Positions 62,694 through 64,000 of a stretch of 64,000 bases of DNA are shown piece by piece. The translations under genes and the position numbers were made by a program. The notes below the pieces were generated by a model. That model worked only from the letters and a program-made list of their open reading frames with translations. It made no database searches and had not been told where the DNA came from. The stretch's first letter is position 1. Every line of letters starts with the position of its first letter. The DNA comes from Candidatus Multivoradales bacterium (GTDB lineage Bacteria; Acidobacteriota; Thermoanaerobaculia; Multivoradales; J023), in assembly GCA_965248925.1 (NCBI GenBank), contig CBDFLE010000005.1:1696001-1760000 (forward strand). The letters are read 5' to 3'.

Positions 62694-64000
62694 ATGAAGC
62701 AAACGACTTTTCTCGTCACTCTTCTCGCCATCGGCAGTCTCTGGCTGAGCGGCCTCGGAACCCCGTCGGCCGCGGTTGAACTAAAGGACTACTTGCCCTC
62801 TGGAATCGAGTACGACCCGCAGATTCCGCGCCCCGCCGAGGTTCTCGGCTTCGAACCTGGCGAGCGCCATGTGCGGCACGACCAACTGGTGGCTTATTTG
62901 CGACGGTTGGCGGCAAGTTCCGAGCGCATTCAGATTCAAACCACTGGCCACACCCACGAGGGTCGCGAGCTGCTGCTGCTGACTATTTCTTCAGCCGCCA
63001 ACCTGGCCCGGCTCGAACAGCTGCGCGGCGAGCATCTGCGACTCAGCGATCCCAGCGTGGCGACCCCCGACACCCGCGACATGCCGGTGGTGGTCAACCT
63101 GGGCTACAGCGTGCATGGCAACGAGGCCAGCGGCGCGAACGCGGCGCCGGTGGTGGCCTACCACCTGGCGGCGGCCCAGGGGAGTGAGATCGACCGCTTG
63201 CTAGCCACCACCATCATCTTGCTCGATCCGAGTCTCAACCCCGACGGCCTGGCGCGCTTCGCCCAATGGTCGAATATGCACCTCGGCCAGGTACCGGTGG
63301 CCGATCCCGACCATCGGGAGCATCGCGAGGCCTGGCCCAATGGCCGCACCAACCACTATTGGTTCGATCTCAATCGCGATTGGCTGCTGCTGCAACATCC
63401 GGAAAGCCGTGCCAGGGTGACGCAGTTTCATCGTTGGCGCCCCAACGTGCTGACCGATTTTCATGAGATGGGCTCGGACTCGACCTACTTCTTCCAACCC
63501 GGCGTGCCACGGCGGCAGAACCCGCTGACGCCGGCCAAGAACCTGGAGCTGACCCGCAAGATCGCCAGCTTTCACGCCCAAGCCCTCGATCGAGCCGGTC
63601 GCCTTTACTACAGCGAAGAGACTTTCGACGATTATTACTTCGGCAAGGGCTCAACCTACCCCGACTTGCACGGCGCCATCGGCATCCTGTTCGAGCAGGC
63701 CAGTGCTCGCGGTCTGCTACAGGCCACCGTCAACGGACCGTTGAGCTTCCCGCTGGCGATCCACAACCAAGTGCTGACTTCGCTGTCGACCCTCGCAGCA
63801 GCTGTCGACCTACGCCACGAACTGCTCGACTACCAGGCCGAGTTTTACCGCACCGTCGGCCGCCAGACCGCGGGCTCCGGCTTGGCCGGTTGGGTTTTCG
63901 GCGAGCCCGCCGATGAAGCCCGCCAGCACCACTTGCTGGAGCTGCTGGCAGGGCATCAGATTGTTTTCCAACGTTCGCAGCAGCAGCTCGAGGTCGATGG
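62694..64000 (+). CDS. M14 zinc carboxypeptidase family protein (3' end runs off the window)
   Basis: Not in the ORF track. Manual translation from ATG 62694 gives a signal peptide, SVHGNE, NPDG, NHYWFDLNRD and DFHEM. Confidence 0.92.
   Translation, partial: MKQTTFLVTLLAIGSLWLSGLGTPSAAVELKDYLPSGIEYDPQIPRPAEVLGFEPGERHVRHDQLVAYLRRLAASSERIQIQTTGHTHEGRELLLLTISSAANLARLEQLRGEHLRLSDPSVATPDTRDMPVVVNLGYSVHGNEASGANAAPVVAYHLAAAQGSEIDRLLATTIILLDPSLNPDGLARFAQWSNMHLGQVPVADPDHREHREAWPNGRTNHYWFDLNRDWLLLQHPESRARVTQFHRWRPNVLTDFHEMGSDSTYFFQPGVPRRQNPLTPAKNLELTRKIASFHAQALDRAGRLYYSEETFDDYYFGKGSTYPDLHGAIGILFEQASARGLLQATVNGPLSFPLAIHNQVLTSLSTLAAAVDLRHELLDYQAEFYRTVGRQTAGSGLAGWVFGEPADEARQHHLLELLAGHQIVFQRSQQQLEVD

Overview
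GC-rich bacterial DNA. Gene content (TPR-multiheme cytochrome, TIGR02999-type ECF fragment, SdrD-B/DUF11/C25 giant protein, M14 peptidase) suggests Acidobacteriota, possibly Thermoanaerobaculia-like; this is an inference. No rRNA, tRNA or CRISPR array was seen. The core of the window (about 11.9-28.7 kb) is a redox locus. It holds an operon for Rieske, cytochrome b, an octaheme HAO-family cytochrome (epsilon-Hao-like, Trp at the cross-link Tyr position) and a beta-barrel porin. Next to it are a GAF-kinase/NarL pair and a divergent sulfur operon (DUF2892, CBS, SQR-like, TusE/DsrC, DsrE, class-V sulfurase). A recurring YACC-N6-GGYR palindrome sits in four of the intergenic regions. Other notable items: a two-gene unknown/alpha-beta-hydrolase cassette (candidate defence system); a Cys-rich secreted protein plus VapBC bracketed and separated by a 21-bp direct repeat; a second Cys-rich peptide sharing a CLITC motif; an ElbD-like reductase-adenylation-ACP enzyme lacking the acyltransferase; and a 3093-aa adhesin-gingipain fusion. 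There are IS1380, IS701 and Y1-transposase remnants and two mosaic gene-fragment regions. Several 1-nt frameshifts look like long-read errors. All calls come from manual motif reading, with no database searches.
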